Virus record (IMG/VR): IMGVR_UViG_3300016744_000005
Location: 1-64,000 of that record
Direction: 5' to 3' (one strand)
From: a virus
Taxonomy: Duplodnaviria; Caudoviricetes
DNA: 64,000 bases
The notes below the pieces were generated by a model, which had not been told where the DNA came from, did no database searches, and was given only the letters and a program-made list of their open reading frames with translations. This document shows positions 50,914-60,952 of this stretch, one piece after another; position 1 is the stretch's first letter; each line of letters begins with the position of its first letter. A program made the position numbers and the translations under genes.

Positions 50914-52359
50914 TTAAGGGTGCTTTTTCAAGACCTTACAGACGTAGTCGCCGCCGGCCATCTGTAACAGCGTCATCGCTGTAATAGTCGGTTTCTTGAT
51001 TACATCTTTCTGATCGACAAAATACCAGTACTCAACCGTATCAGCTAAAATCTCATCCCAGTCGTAGCCCAGCTCTTTGATCTTAGTATACAGCTCAGCT
51101 GGCTGGAGTTTCAGAGCCAGATCCATATCAAACCAGTTGATATGCATGTATGCCAATGCTGCGGTAATTGCCATCGCACGAGCGAACTTCTGATCTTCCA
51201 TTAATAACTTGCGAACTGACTTACGAGTGAAGAATAACTCTGGGTACAAATGCAAAGTAAAGCCTTGGTTATTCCCTTTGACTTCCATCCCGTAATTACC
51301 TGCATATTCACGCAGGTAGTAGAATTCAGTTAAACCTACCAGTAAACCTTCACGTTGTGAGAAGATCAAATCCAGGAATGCCCCAGTCGGACCACCTTTA
51401 CCCCGTAGCTGTTCAAAACGCACCACCATCAAATCAGTATCACCCATAACTTCTGGTTTGATTGGATGTGGGAATAACGGGAGTTTGGTGTTCTTATCCA
51501 GTAAAGGACCAGATGCAGTAGCAATGAAACAACTGTTAGTTAAGAAAGTGAAGTTCTCAGGTACCCCTTTGAGTTTCAAATCCCCTTTCAAGCCAGACAG
51601 CTTTTTATGCGATGGTGCGTACATATCCATTTTAATCTCATCGCCTGCATGGGCAGTGAGATTCATGTAGTACATACTAGCAGCTGCCACTGTAGGCATC
51701 TGTCCCATCATCTGTGATTTAGCGGCACCTGATTTCATTGCTTCGGTGTTCAATGCTGAATCACCGACATTGTTTTTGTCATGCATGTTTTCGACTGAGT
51801 TAACACGCAGACCTGAGAAACTATCGACATCCAGTATCCACGGTGATGGCATTTTACGGCTTTCACCGTTCAATTCCATAAACGGAGTCACACGTAAATC
51901 TTTTTCTTTGATGTTACGACGATTGGTCATCTCATCACGGTATTTCTTCCACCACTCATCCCCTAACTCCATAGACGAGTCAGAGATGTTCCATGAACCA
52001 CCTTCTTCCAGTAGCGATGGAATATCCAAATGACGCGCTTCTGGGATATTCTGCTGGAAGGCTTGTAAACGAGGAATACCACCAAATGAGTTTTCACTGT
52101 CATACGTTTCAAACCACTCAGGCTGATAGCGTACTGCTGCGCGCATACTGGTAGCTTTGGAGGCAGCGGTTTTAAAGGTATTACCTCGACCTGCCCAACC
52201 CATGATATGAGACATACCGCCGTTTAGGTACCATAGACCGTTTAAACCACGGTGGTAAGACCCTGTCATATGGTCTAATAAACTGAAAACGTTAAGCGAT
52301 GGACGTACTGCCGAAGCGCGTTTAGCGCCTGCTGGACCTGCCATGTTTCTATACTCCAA
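50914..52359 (-). CDS. uvsX: UvsX/RecA-like recombinase (phiKZ gp152-like)
   Basis: Walker A GRGNTFKT, YDSE, LDVDSFS, LRGKGGPTG. Confidence 0.8.
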   Translation of the reverse strand: MEYRNMAGPAGAKRASAVRPSLNVFSLLDHMTGSYHRGLNGLWYLNGGMSHIMGWAGRGNTFKTAASKATSMRAAVRYQPEWFETYDSENSFGGIPRLQAFQQNIPEARHLDIPSLLEEGGSWNISDSSMELGDEWWKKYRDEMTNRRNIKEKDLRVTPFMELNGESRKMPSPWILDVDSFSGLRVNSVENMHDKNNVGDSALNTEAMKSGAAKSQMMGQMPTVAAASMYYMNLTAHAGDEIKMDMYAPSHKKLSGLKGDLKLKGVPENFTFLTNSCFIATASGPLLDKNTKLPLFPHPIKPEVMGDTDLMVVRFEQLRGKGGPTGAFLDLIFSQREGLLVGLTEFYYLREYAGNYGMEVKGNNQGFTLHLYPELFFTRKSVRKLLMEDQKFARAMAITAALAYMHINWFDMDLALKLQPAELYTKIKELGYDWDEILADTVEYWYFVDQKDVIKKPTITAMTLLQMAGGDYVCKVLKKHP

Positions 52360-52411
52360 ATTCGACTAAGTTCACAATATTGTATTGTTGGTTTTTTAAA
52401 AGAGGTTTCTA

Positions 52412-53254
52412 ATGGACAAGTTATCCACCGTATTTACTACTCCAATCGGATTGGAGTTATTTGGTCTTGATAAGATCGTCAACTACCTGAAAGACCGACA
52501 GATCTTTACCAAAGCCCGTGGTCTCGTTACGGGACTGTTCAGCGGCTTTAAATCCAACTCGATTAAGATCGAATCAAAACTCGATGTTAAGCTCCACGGT
52601 TGGTTAGAGCGTGAATCGTATCTCGTGTTAGAACACGTAGAGGTGTATATCCCTCGAAATATGTCAGTGCCCTACACACAATACCAGTCAGTGTTATTAA
52701 AAATCGCTAGTGAATTAGCCACCTCTCGCAAAGTATTGCTATCACAAGCGATCGCGACTTTTGGTTATTACATTAATTCACCGGCATCACTGCGTGCCCA
52801 CTCGATTAGACCCGGCGATGTTATTGGTAGTGCATTGCCACCTAAAGCGAATAAATGGTTAACAGATGCCGCGGCACAGATGTCGACTTGTCTATCACCA
52901 GCCCAACTAATGGATACTACTCCATTTACTAAAGCATTTCAACGCAATGGTGAAGTAGCTGAAGTAACTCAGGTAGCGCATGAGTTATATAGTACCGTAG
53001 TACTAGCACAGGCTACACCAATCGAAGATGAAGCGATGCAGTTAATGGATTTAGCTGAGAAGCTCTTTGATATGATTAAAAACGACCCGCTGTATCAAAC
53101 TGTATCAAAACCAGTCATGGATGATTTGGTACATCGTTTACAATGTGCAGCGGAATGGACTGAGTTTTATGCAACCTACGCTCACCAGCTCCAGCAGATG
53201 GCAGTCGCTATCTCTGACACAGTAGCTAAACTGACTAAAATCGCTAAATCGTGA
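52412..53254 (+). CDS. putative virion head protein (phiKZ gp153-like)
   Basis: 280 aa; N-terminal GLE possible protease site; synteny. Confidence 0.55.
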   Translation: MDKLSTVFTTPIGLELFGLDKIVNYLKDRQIFTKARGLVTGLFSGFKSNSIKIESKLDVKLHGWLERESYLVLEHVEVYIPRNMSVPYTQYQSVLLKIASELATSRKVLLSQAIATFGYYINSPASLRAHSIRPGDVIGSALPPKANKWLTDAAAQMSTCLSPAQLMDTTPFTKAFQRNGEVAEVTQVAHELYSTVVLAQATPIEDEAMQLMDLAEKLFDMIKNDPLYQTVSKPVMDDLVHRLQCAAEWTEFYATYAHQLQQMAVAISDTVAKLTKIAKS

Positions 53255-53295
53255 CAAAAAATAAAGTACTTACCTTTCGGGGTAAGTACTTTATT
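53255..53295. terminator. bidirectional terminator
   Basis: AATAAAGTACTTACC-TTTCGG-GGTAAGTACTTTATT between convergent genes. Confidence 0.8.
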
Positions 53296-53298
53296 ACA

Positions 53299-53898
53299 TT
53301 ATGCTGTCTGGACGATAGCTACGTGTTTATCGAGATGCCAGACGATATTCGTGATCTGCCCATCTAACTTAGTTTGTAGTAAGTGTTGGTAGAACATATC
53401 GGCTAAGGTCTGATACCAGGCGAACGGTGGGAGTATCCGCACTAACGCATCCGGTAGTACGTCGTTCAACTCAGTAATACCCGACTCTCGTAACGAGTTA
53501 ATCACGTCTTCAATGACCTGTACGAACATATGTAGTCCAGTAGATAAATCATTAAAGACATCTATAAACAGCTGTTCGAAATCCTGACCTTGTTCCGCAC
53601 ACCACCAACACGCATCTTCGTAGAAATCACCATAACAAACTCCTTCAGACCAACCATCAAAACAGACAGTAGTACATGTATGTTGAAAGTAGGTATGGAC
53701 AAACTCACGGATAAATGTGGGTAATCCAGCTATTTCATATCTAGTATAGGTGTCTTGCCACCCTAGCCTTAAATGCTCCTCAAGCTCCTGAGAGAGCTGT
53801 AGTACGTATCGCATCGAATATACTCCTTCTAATCCAGGTAGAGAGCCGAAGCCCTCTACCTGTGTATTAGTCGTTAAATTTAACGGGGTCTTGATCAC
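53299..53898 (-). CDS. hypothetical protein
   Basis: Acidic ORF of 199 aa; true start may be M at 53812. Confidence 0.65.
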   Translation of the reverse strand: MIKTPLNLTTNTQVEGFGSLPGLEGVYSMRYVLQLSQELEEHLRLGWQDTYTRYEIAGLPTFIREFVHTYFQHTCTTVCFDGWSEGVCYGDFYEDACWWCAEQGQDFEQLFIDVFNDLSTGLHMFVQVIEDVINSLRESGITELNDVLPDALVRILPPFAWYQTLADMFYQHLLQTKLDGQITNIVWHLDKHVAIVQTA

Positions 53899-55483
53899 GA
53901 TCTAGATGTCGGTAATTACGGTAATTCCCACACCACACCCCATAGCTATCATCGGTGATAATGATAAATGCATATCGGAATGTAATTTTAGAGAACCGCC
54001 AGGTTACTGCGAACACCCGTGGGTGATCGTCCGCTAATCCAGCCATCATGTTCCTGGTAGGTATATCGATACCGCGTGCAAAGATAGTAGGTATTAGTGT
54101 ATCCGTGCAGGGATTGGGTAAATCGAGTTTGACCGACTTCGAAGTCATGTTATAAAACTCTGACATCTTCGTCTGACCAGCAGAACCATCTTTCTTCAGT
54201 GCCGTAGTATAAAACAGATCAGTTACTTCTAACGACTGTAGTGCCAGCGGTGTAAAGTCACGACACTCTGGTATCACATGCCCTTGTTGTAACAGATGAC
54301 TGTATAGCACCGTACGCAGTAGTTCCTCCTCCTCCTCTATCCGGTAGGATAAACGAGGTGGCCTTAACATCTTCGAGATGATCTCTTCCCGACGGGTAAT
54401 TAAGTCATTACGAGCGTTTTTGATCCACATCGTTTCTGCAGTACCGTGAAGCTCTTCCCAGATAACTTTAGGTAGTAACAGATTCGAGAGGTTGATCATA
54501 TTGACCACTTCAGACTGATACATGACGTTAGTGGTGGCCCACATCTTAGACTGATGATAATCGCGTAAGCGCTCGATAATCGACACTGGACTATTAGTTA
54601 ACACTAACCCAAACCCAGAGTCTGATTTCTTCTTACCCAATAACTCCACATCATCTTTGGATTTACTGTGGTCACCGACGAAGTAGTGATGGTAATTAAT
54701 ACCGTCAATCTCTGTCTGTCGTGTAGTCCGTCCAGTAAAGCTGTAGCACCATTTCGTCCGTATCGCGTTAGGTATAGGTTTCTCCACATCCCAATAACGT
54801 GCGTCACCGACGATATAATCACGCCAGGTTATATCGGTATCCAAACCTTGGTTATTGATAGCGCGTATTACTCCAGAGGTAGCACATCGATCCGCACACT
54901 CATTACCAAAGTGTTCAGCATGGGCTTTAATCCACTTGAGCTCTAAGCGCCCTGCATATTCAGTACGTACCGCCAGGATACGTTCCCACAAATCACGATG
55001 CGCTACATCATCGCCATCTGACTTACGCCACCCTTTGGCGATCCAGTTATCTAGGTCGTTGTTAAACCCTTTTACCAGATACTGACTATCCGCTTGGATA
55101 AAGTAGTATTCGGCTTTATGTGGGCAAGATTCAAACACTTCTAAGAAAGCTGACAATTCACAGCGTTGTGCTGAGGCAGTTAATCCACGCCAACCGTCGA
55201 CGAGCCGAACTGTATCACAATCTTTAATCACACCCGCATCTTTTAGTTTGATACTGTAATCCCATTTACTGTATTCAGGATTATACTCAGCATCTTTCAA
55301 TTGATCGCCAGTAGGTTTAGGACGATAGCCATCCGGTGTTAATATCACATCAGCATTAGCGTAGCGACAACCAGGCAGCGTATCAAAGAAATACCCATGG
55401 ATACCCCAACCACCACCAGTAACTTCCTCACTGGTACGGTTGCCACCGTCTGTATAGAGTACTGCATATTTAAATGAACTCAT
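53867..55483 (-). CDS. rnhA: ribonuclease HI with a large C-terminal domain (phiKZ gp155-like)
   Basis: LYTDGG, QRCELSA, ADSQY, WIAKGW, WIKAH..HFGNECAD. Confidence 0.9.
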   Translation of the reverse strand: MSSFKYAVLYTDGGNRTSEEVTGGGWGIHGYFFDTLPGCRYANADVILTPDGYRPKPTGDQLKDAEYNPEYSKWDYSIKLKDAGVIKDCDTVRLVDGWRGLTASAQRCELSAFLEVFESCPHKAEYYFIQADSQYLVKGFNNDLDNWIAKGWRKSDGDDVAHRDLWERILAVRTEYAGRLELKWIKAHAEHFGNECADRCATSGVIRAINNQGLDTDITWRDYIVGDARYWDVEKPIPNAIRTKWCYSFTGRTTRQTEIDGINYHHYFVGDHSKSKDDVELLGKKKSDSGFGLVLTNSPVSIIERLRDYHQSKMWATTNVMYQSEVVNMINLSNLLLPKVIWEELHGTAETMWIKNARNDLITRREEIISKMLRPPRLSYRIEEEEELLRTVLYSHLLQQGHVIPECRDFTPLALQSLEVTDLFYTTALKKDGSAGQTKMSEFYNMTSKSVKLDLPNPCTDTLIPTIFARGIDIPTRNMMAGLADDHPRVFAVTWRFSKITFRYAFIIITDDSYGVWCGNYRNYRHLDRDQDPVKFND

Positions 55484-56142
55484 TCTGTATACTCAGCAAT
55501 GACTGCACGTACTTCAGGCAGTACTGCAATCTTAGATAAGAAGTTGTAATAACGCGCACAGTGATATCCCTCTTCGATGGCATCGTGTAACGCGATATGT
55601 TTGTGGTACTGGCCATCAGGACAGATTTGTGCCAGTGTAAAGCCAGAGGCTTGTGGTAAATCCACCGCGGCATAGAAACGATCGATGGTACGAGAGGAGT
55701 CCATCATGCGCATTAACAGTGGATAACGATCATAGCCGTAAGAACGCACGACGTTAGTCATAATCACATAGTCAAAATCAGGACCACGCATAGCGATAGG
55801 CATATTCCATTTCTCACGATCATACTTCGCTAAGAACGCTTCTAACTGATCACAGCAGTCACGTAGTGTAACTGGGTTAGTTACCTGCCAGTTATGATCA
55901 CGTGCTACCAGTGACGGATATTTAGGATCAGAACCAGAGTACGCCCACCACTCGTCAGTACTAGCACCGATGGTTCTATCTGCTTGGGTAGCGTCATCAG
56001 GACCCATTAACCATTCAGCTGAATCTACACGCTGCATAGTCTGTACGTCAAACACGGCAATACCTGCAGCTAATACATACGCAGATGGTAGGAAGTCACG
56101 GGTTTCTAAATCCAGTGACGCAACATAACGTGGGATTTTCAT
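55480..56142 (-). CDS. DEDDh 3'-5' exonuclease
   Basis: LDLET, GPDFD, HIALHDA. Confidence 0.85.
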   Translation of the reverse strand: MKIPRYVASLDLETRDFLPSAYVLAAGIAVFDVQTMQRVDSAEWLMGPDDATQADRTIGASTDEWWAYSGSDPKYPSLVARDHNWQVTNPVTLRDCCDQLEAFLAKYDREKWNMPIAMRGPDFDYVIMTNVVRSYGYDRYPLLMRMMDSSRTIDRFYAAVDLPQASGFTLAQICPDGQYHKHIALHDAIEEGYHCARYYNFLSKIAVLPEVRAVIAEYTE

Positions 56143-56252
56143 AACAGCTGCTCCAGTAGTAATACGAGGTATGATATATATTTATATCACTATACGATAC
56201 GTGCTACTGTCATAAATAACCAGAGGTAGGCCGAAGCCTACCTCTGATTCGA

Positions 56253-56627
56253 TTACGGTTTGTTACGCTTATAAGTCCGTGTAGAGGGACCAGATGGACA
56301 TACTACAGGTGTATCCAAGGCACTTTCTAAGTAACCATTGGTGGCGCGGAGTTTCTCGACCTCTTTTTCTAAGTCATCGATATCTTTATTGAGATCGGCT
56401 AGTTTTTCTTTAGTCGTTTCTAATCGGACGGCAGCTTCGATCTTCTCCCCTTGAAGATCGTACACTTTCACCAGCGCTAACCCCAGTAGTGCTGCTAACA
56501 ATACCGAAGCTAAAAACAGGATTACTCCGCCCGATTTACCCCCCTCCTGTGCACGTTCACTATCGGCCACGTCTTTTAATCGCTCCAATAACCACGGTAC
56601 AAATAGCTCACTAAACAAAGCCATCAT
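56253..56627 (-). CDS. single-TM coiled-coil protein (i-spanin-like architecture)
   Basis: TM followed by a heptad coil and a C-terminal Cys. Confidence 0.5.
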   Translation of the reverse strand: MMALFSELFVPWLLERLKDVADSERAQEGGKSGGVILFLASVLLAALLGLALVKVYDLQGEKIEAAVRLETTKEKLADLNKDIDDLEKEVEKLRATNGYLESALDTPVVCPSGPSTRTYKRNKP

Positions 56628-56711
56628 ATTATCTCCTTGCTCTTGTTTTCATTTTATGTTAATACATTACCATATTACCCCCTAAGTGTCAAATGACGAC
56701 GGAGTCTTAAA

Positions 56712-58052
56712 ATGTACATATTGAAAGGGTTTATTAACATCGATGCGTTAGCCAACAATACCCCGGGCTCTGTGGCTGCTTTAGGGGAGCTTTCGAATGC
56801 ATCGATGACGTACGCTATCGAGAAAGGTTATTACAATCGTGAGAATCTCGAAAATGTAGAGTTAGTATCATTTACTTCCCGCTATGATACTGCCACGACC
56901 ACTGGTCCTAAGATCGCAGTACCAGCTAAATACTCAGATCACGTATTAACCGTAATGCAGTGGATCTTTAATCAATCCATCGCAGATAAGATTAGTAATG
57001 ATGCTGAAGCGTTCCGGACTTTACTCCTAGCCCAATACGGTACTATTATCGATGATTGTGAAATCGGTAAAATGGTAGTTGAGAAAGGGAATTGGTTACC
57101 TTCATATATCGCTTGGAAATTTGATACTGCCGGCGAAGATAATGCTATCCGCATCTGGTTATCAGATGATGCATTTAAAACACAATACGACGAATATCAA
57201 ATCGTAGTGATACCACCGATTGAACCTGTGGATATTTTCCAGCGAGTTAAATCTATCGTCGCGCCTAAATTGGCTGAGTTCACAGTACCTGGATTACATG
57301 TCCGTGTATTAGAGAAAACTAAAGGCGAGCCATATACATATCTGATCTCGAAGGATTACCCGTGGTATGACCGCGAAGATCCTACTGCGACTTTGATGAC
57401 TACTTGGACTGTCGCGATCTATGGTATCGCTGGTAATAACCTCGAAGTTATTAAAGATGCATTAGCTGATTATATCCTGGCTAATTCGACTTATGATCGG
57501 GATGATTGGATTCCGGTGTTCCCAGATATCTTCACGAATACTGAATTTACGTTTATCCCATTCTGGCAGCGTAGATCAGTCGTAGATGAGACCGTACGGG
57601 GCTCCCTATACTCCCCTATAGTTCCATATGATGGTTTACCAGGATTTGCTGCAAAATTCACCAAATACGTGCCAGTAGAGCACTTGCAGAAATATTTAAT
57701 GCTCGCAGGCATCCAATATAAGTCTATTGCCTCAGTAGTAATTGGTGGAAATGAGAATCGTAATAAGAAATACTTATTGACGGATTATTTCCCAGATTAC
57801 GCATTGATCTCCACTACCTCTATCGATTTTAATCGAATGTCAGCATCTACGGTTGAGTTTATTACTAAACTCACTACCGCCGTAATAGCTGCTGAAGAGA
57901 TGGATGAGTATTCGTATATCGGTGCGACTATGTCACGTATTACCCGGGATGGGATTCTCTATGTGGGATTCTCACATGAAGACGTGAGCTTCTTGGTAGT
58001 GTCACGTGGATCACTAGAAAAGATCTTAGCAGCATCGCAGATGCAAGGATAA
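56712..58052 (+). CDS. virion structural protein (phiKZ gp157-like)
   Basis: 446 aa; MYILKGF...NNTPG..A.LGELS; synteny. Confidence 0.65.
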   Translation: MYILKGFINIDALANNTPGSVAALGELSNASMTYAIEKGYYNRENLENVELVSFTSRYDTATTTGPKIAVPAKYSDHVLTVMQWIFNQSIADKISNDAEAFRTLLLAQYGTIIDDCEIGKMVVEKGNWLPSYIAWKFDTAGEDNAIRIWLSDDAFKTQYDEYQIVVIPPIEPVDIFQRVKSIVAPKLAEFTVPGLHVRVLEKTKGEPYTYLISKDYPWYDREDPTATLMTTWTVAIYGIAGNNLEVIKDALADYILANSTYDRDDWIPVFPDIFTNTEFTFIPFWQRRSVVDETVRGSLYSPIVPYDGLPGFAAKFTKYVPVEHLQKYLMLAGIQYKSIASVVIGGNENRNKKYLLTDYFPDYALISTTSIDFNRMSASTVEFITKLTTAVIAAEEMDEYSYIGATMSRITRDGILYVGFSHEDVSFLVVSRGSLEKILAASQMQG

Positions 58053-58063
58053 CGAGGTGATCT

Positions 58064-58702
58064 ATGGCCGAACGTATTCGTAAGTGTATTACTCCGCCGA
58101 TTAATGCGGCGGGGATATTTACTGCTTACTCCCCATTTACCCTACCGATCAATATCGTGTATCGGTGTGATGCCATTCGAACCTTTAAAGAGTTAATCAA
58201 AAAAGGGATCAATGTCTTTACTACCTATTACGAACCGAAAGGGTTATCCGAAGCTACATATCAAGTAGACTACGATTTAAATGCATCGATCGTTACTTTA
58301 GTATCGGGTACTGGTGAGTTTATCTATGTACCTAATACTTATATCGAATCTTACCCTGGCGATGCTGGAGTAGTTTATAATCGTAAAGTATTGGTGATCG
58401 AACTCGGTATGCTACCTACTCAAATGGACGTAGATTATATCTTCCCATTAGTGGAAGACTTAGTACACAAAAATTTAGGGGTCGCTAATACTGCATCGGT
58501 AGTGACTGCACCTTATACTGGAGTAATCACCCATGACCAACATGTGACCCTGGAAGCTTCACGATTAGTCGCTATTCGTGGTTATACGACGATATACGAA
58601 CAGCTATTGGCTACCCAGAAACAGTTAGAGTCATATCGTACCCAAAACGAACAGTTGATGTCAGTAATCGCTGCACACCCAGAAATCGTCACAAAAACTT
58701 AA
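58064..58702 (+). CDS. hypothetical/virion protein
   Basis: 212 aa; GAGGTG SD. Confidence 0.7.
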   Translation: MAERIRKCITPPINAAGIFTAYSPFTLPINIVYRCDAIRTFKELIKKGINVFTTYYEPKGLSEATYQVDYDLNASIVTLVSGTGEFIYVPNTYIESYPGDAGVVYNRKVLVIELGMLPTQMDVDYIFPLVEDLVHKNLGVANTASVVTAPYTGVITHDQHVTLEASRLVAIRGYTTIYEQLLATQKQLESYRTQNEQLMSVIAAHPEIVTKT

Positions 58703-58720
58703 TAGTACACAGACATAAAT

Positions 58721-58752
58721 CTACCCTAGAGAGCGATCGCTCTCTAGGGTAG
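58721..58752. terminator. hairpin between convergent genes
   Basis: CTACCCTAGAGAGCGATCGCTCTCTAGGGTAG perfect palindrome. Confidence 0.75.
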
Positions 58753-58774
58753 TATGCCTTTATGTTTACACGAT

Positions 58775-59614
58775 CTAAACCATCCGTCGACGGTCTAGAT
58801 AACAATCGCCTTTCTCCATCGTCCGTCGTTTTTGTGGTGTCCCATTCGGATCGATGGTAATGAGACGTGTAGTGTGGACCATAGATTCACTCACCACGGT
58901 GGTGTAGCGATCTGGTCGTGGGCACTTGGACTGTGACAAGGCCTGACGTTTCGAGACGTTAGCAATTGTGACAGGTCGCGGTAGATGTCGCTTAACTATT
59001 GGTGAGTATACCGCAGTATTCGCCTTTAGTTTCGCAAAGATACCAGCACGAAAAGCAGCTACTGTTTTAGCTTTACCATTTCGGTGGTAGAACAAATTGT
59101 AATTCGCCGCAGCGAAGTCCGGCATGATCGATGCCGCTGTTCGGTTACTGCGCACGTGCTCTAACTTCACCACCTTTTGTGGGGAGATGATGTGAGCTAA
59201 GTACAAATCACCAGGTGTTACACGTCGAGCTAAGTTCTCATTTAAATAGCGGCGGTTCTCCTTGATATATTCGCCACACATCAGCGCATTTGCATACGCA
59301 TCGGTACGACGAGTGTTACGCGCCAGACCATATTTTTTACCATAAGTTTTGAGTGTAGTACGCCATGTACGTCCAGTAAACTGACACACACCAGATGCAC
59401 TACTTTTATTACTTTTCGCGCGATGATTTAAACCACTTTCAGCGCCACCAAAGCCCGCGAGTATATCAACCGTTACACCGGTGGTCATTGCAGCTTTAGC
59501 AATGAGCTTTGCATTATGATTGATATCAGGAGCTTTAGTACGTTTTGCTTCTGCGTATTGCAGGTGACCCAATGTCACCACGAGCAGTAGCAGGGTAGTT
59601 AAGAATCTATTCAC
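58775..59614 (-). CDS. SLT-family lytic transglycosylase with N-terminal signal peptide
   Basis: GAESG...SSASGVCQF...TW...DLYLAH; n/h/c signal peptide ending AEA. Confidence 0.85.
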   Translation of the reverse strand: MNRFLTTLLLLVVTLGHLQYAEAKRTKAPDINHNAKLIAKAAMTTGVTVDILAGFGGAESGLNHRAKSNKSSASGVCQFTGRTWRTTLKTYGKKYGLARNTRRTDAYANALMCGEYIKENRRYLNENLARRVTPGDLYLAHIISPQKVVKLEHVRSNRTAASIMPDFAAANYNLFYHRNGKAKTVAAFRAGIFAKLKANTAVYSPIVKRHLPRPVTIANVSKRQALSQSKCPRPDRYTTVVSESMVHTTRLITIDPNGTPQKRRTMEKGDCYLDRRRMV

Positions 59615-59830
59615 AGGAAATTACCTCCATCGGTTGTTTGGCGTTAGGTATCACCTTTGTAGTAGCCGTATAAAACCGACTACACGCGATTACCCCTACC
59701 GTTACACAGCCCCCGTTGGTAGCAAGCACTCTCCTAGCTTGCCACAGGTCGAGACTATTAAAAACTAATGTATTACCTCGAAGTCGCACATTAGTAAGGT
59801 TTGGACTGGTCTGGATTAAAAGGAATGATG

Positions 59831-60454
59831 TTATTGCGGAGTAGCAGCCGGCGTTATCGCATGATTGAACTGCCCCACATACATCCGTGGAATTTGAAAC
59901 GGTTTATCGTAAGGTATCACCTCCTGTAATTTACACAGCTTAATCGGTGGGAGATAGCGTAAACAGTAGAGAGGAAAGTCACAATAGCGACCGTCGGCTG
60001 TTACGATATAACCCAGGGTTTGAATAACACTAAACAATGCCCCAATGTGATACACACCACCTGGCACATCACATAAGATATTTTTACCAATCTGATCTGC
60101 AGTTAACGAACACGCCAGCTGTATGGATTCTACGGTAGGACGTGCGATACATTTCGGTGGGTTTTTGGTACCGCGATCGTTATGTACGAATATACGTTCC
60201 ACGCCAGATAGTGTTTTTACTACCGGTGTGATTTCACTGCTGTGTGCATTCACCATATAACGACTAATATACTCGTGATACGCTTTAGAGAAATTCAACT
60301 CCGTGCCATAGATAGGCTCTATAGAGATCAATGCCAGCTGTGGATCATCATCTTTATTGTCTTTAAAGATCGGTACAGCGATCTGAGCGCCGCGTAAGCT
60401 CAGAGTATTTATATCAGGATTAAAATGAGATAATTGTTTTAAGTAAGGATGCAT
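59831..60454 (-). CDS. hypothetical protein
   Basis: 207 aa; GGAGG SD; early promoter upstream. Confidence 0.75.
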   Translation of the reverse strand: MHPYLKQLSHFNPDINTLSLRGAQIAVPIFKDNKDDDPQLALISIEPIYGTELNFSKAYHEYISRYMVNAHSSEITPVVKTLSGVERIFVHNDRGTKNPPKCIARPTVESIQLACSLTADQIGKNILCDVPGGVYHIGALFSVIQTLGYIVTADGRYCDFPLYCLRYLPPIKLCKLQEVIPYDKPFQIPRMYVGQFNHAITPAATPQ

Positions 60455-60528
60455 GTAAACCTCCGCGCTTTAAGCACGAATAATGATTAAACCAATGAGA
60501 GATTTCCGTACCAGACCAGGGTACCTAG

Positions 60529-60541
60529 GATAATATATATC
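60529..60541 (-). promoter_or_regulatory. putative early promoter
   Basis: GATATATATTATC on - strand. Confidence 0.65.
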
Positions 60542-60561
60542 TCTCTTTGGTTACGTTCTAA

Positions 60562-60939
60562 TTAGTAGACCACGTGCTCAGGTAACATCGGGTTACCTAC
60601 AGTATCTAATATACGTTGTAAGTAAGTATCACCGATCAGGTTCTTAGCTGTCTTCGATACTAATACTTCAATGTTATTATCCGTTAATCGTGTACACAGG
60701 TGTTTAGAGGCACTATGCCAGAAATTCGGTTTAGTTGGATGGGCTTCTACAAAGCATAACTCTGTACCGCTATCAGTAAAGATATATAGACGAGGCTTTT
60801 CAGCAGCCCCTGGTGCAAACGACATCGCCATCGGTGTTTTAGAAATCGGTAGATGACTTACTTCGTTTAACAACGCTTCAAAATCACTACGGGTTAAATG
60901 CACAGCACGAGTGTGAGATTTACGACGATCAATTAACAT
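60562..60939 (-). CDS. hypothetical protein
   Basis: AAGGA SD before MLIDRRK. Confidence 0.65.
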   Translation of the reverse strand: MLIDRRKSHTRAVHLTRSDFEALLNEVSHLPISKTPMAMSFAPGAAEKPRLYIFTDSGTELCFVEAHPTKPNFWHSASKHLCTRLTDNNIEVLVSKTAKNLIGDTYLQRILDTVGNPMLPEHVVY

Positions 60940-60952
60940 AATAGAAATCCTT

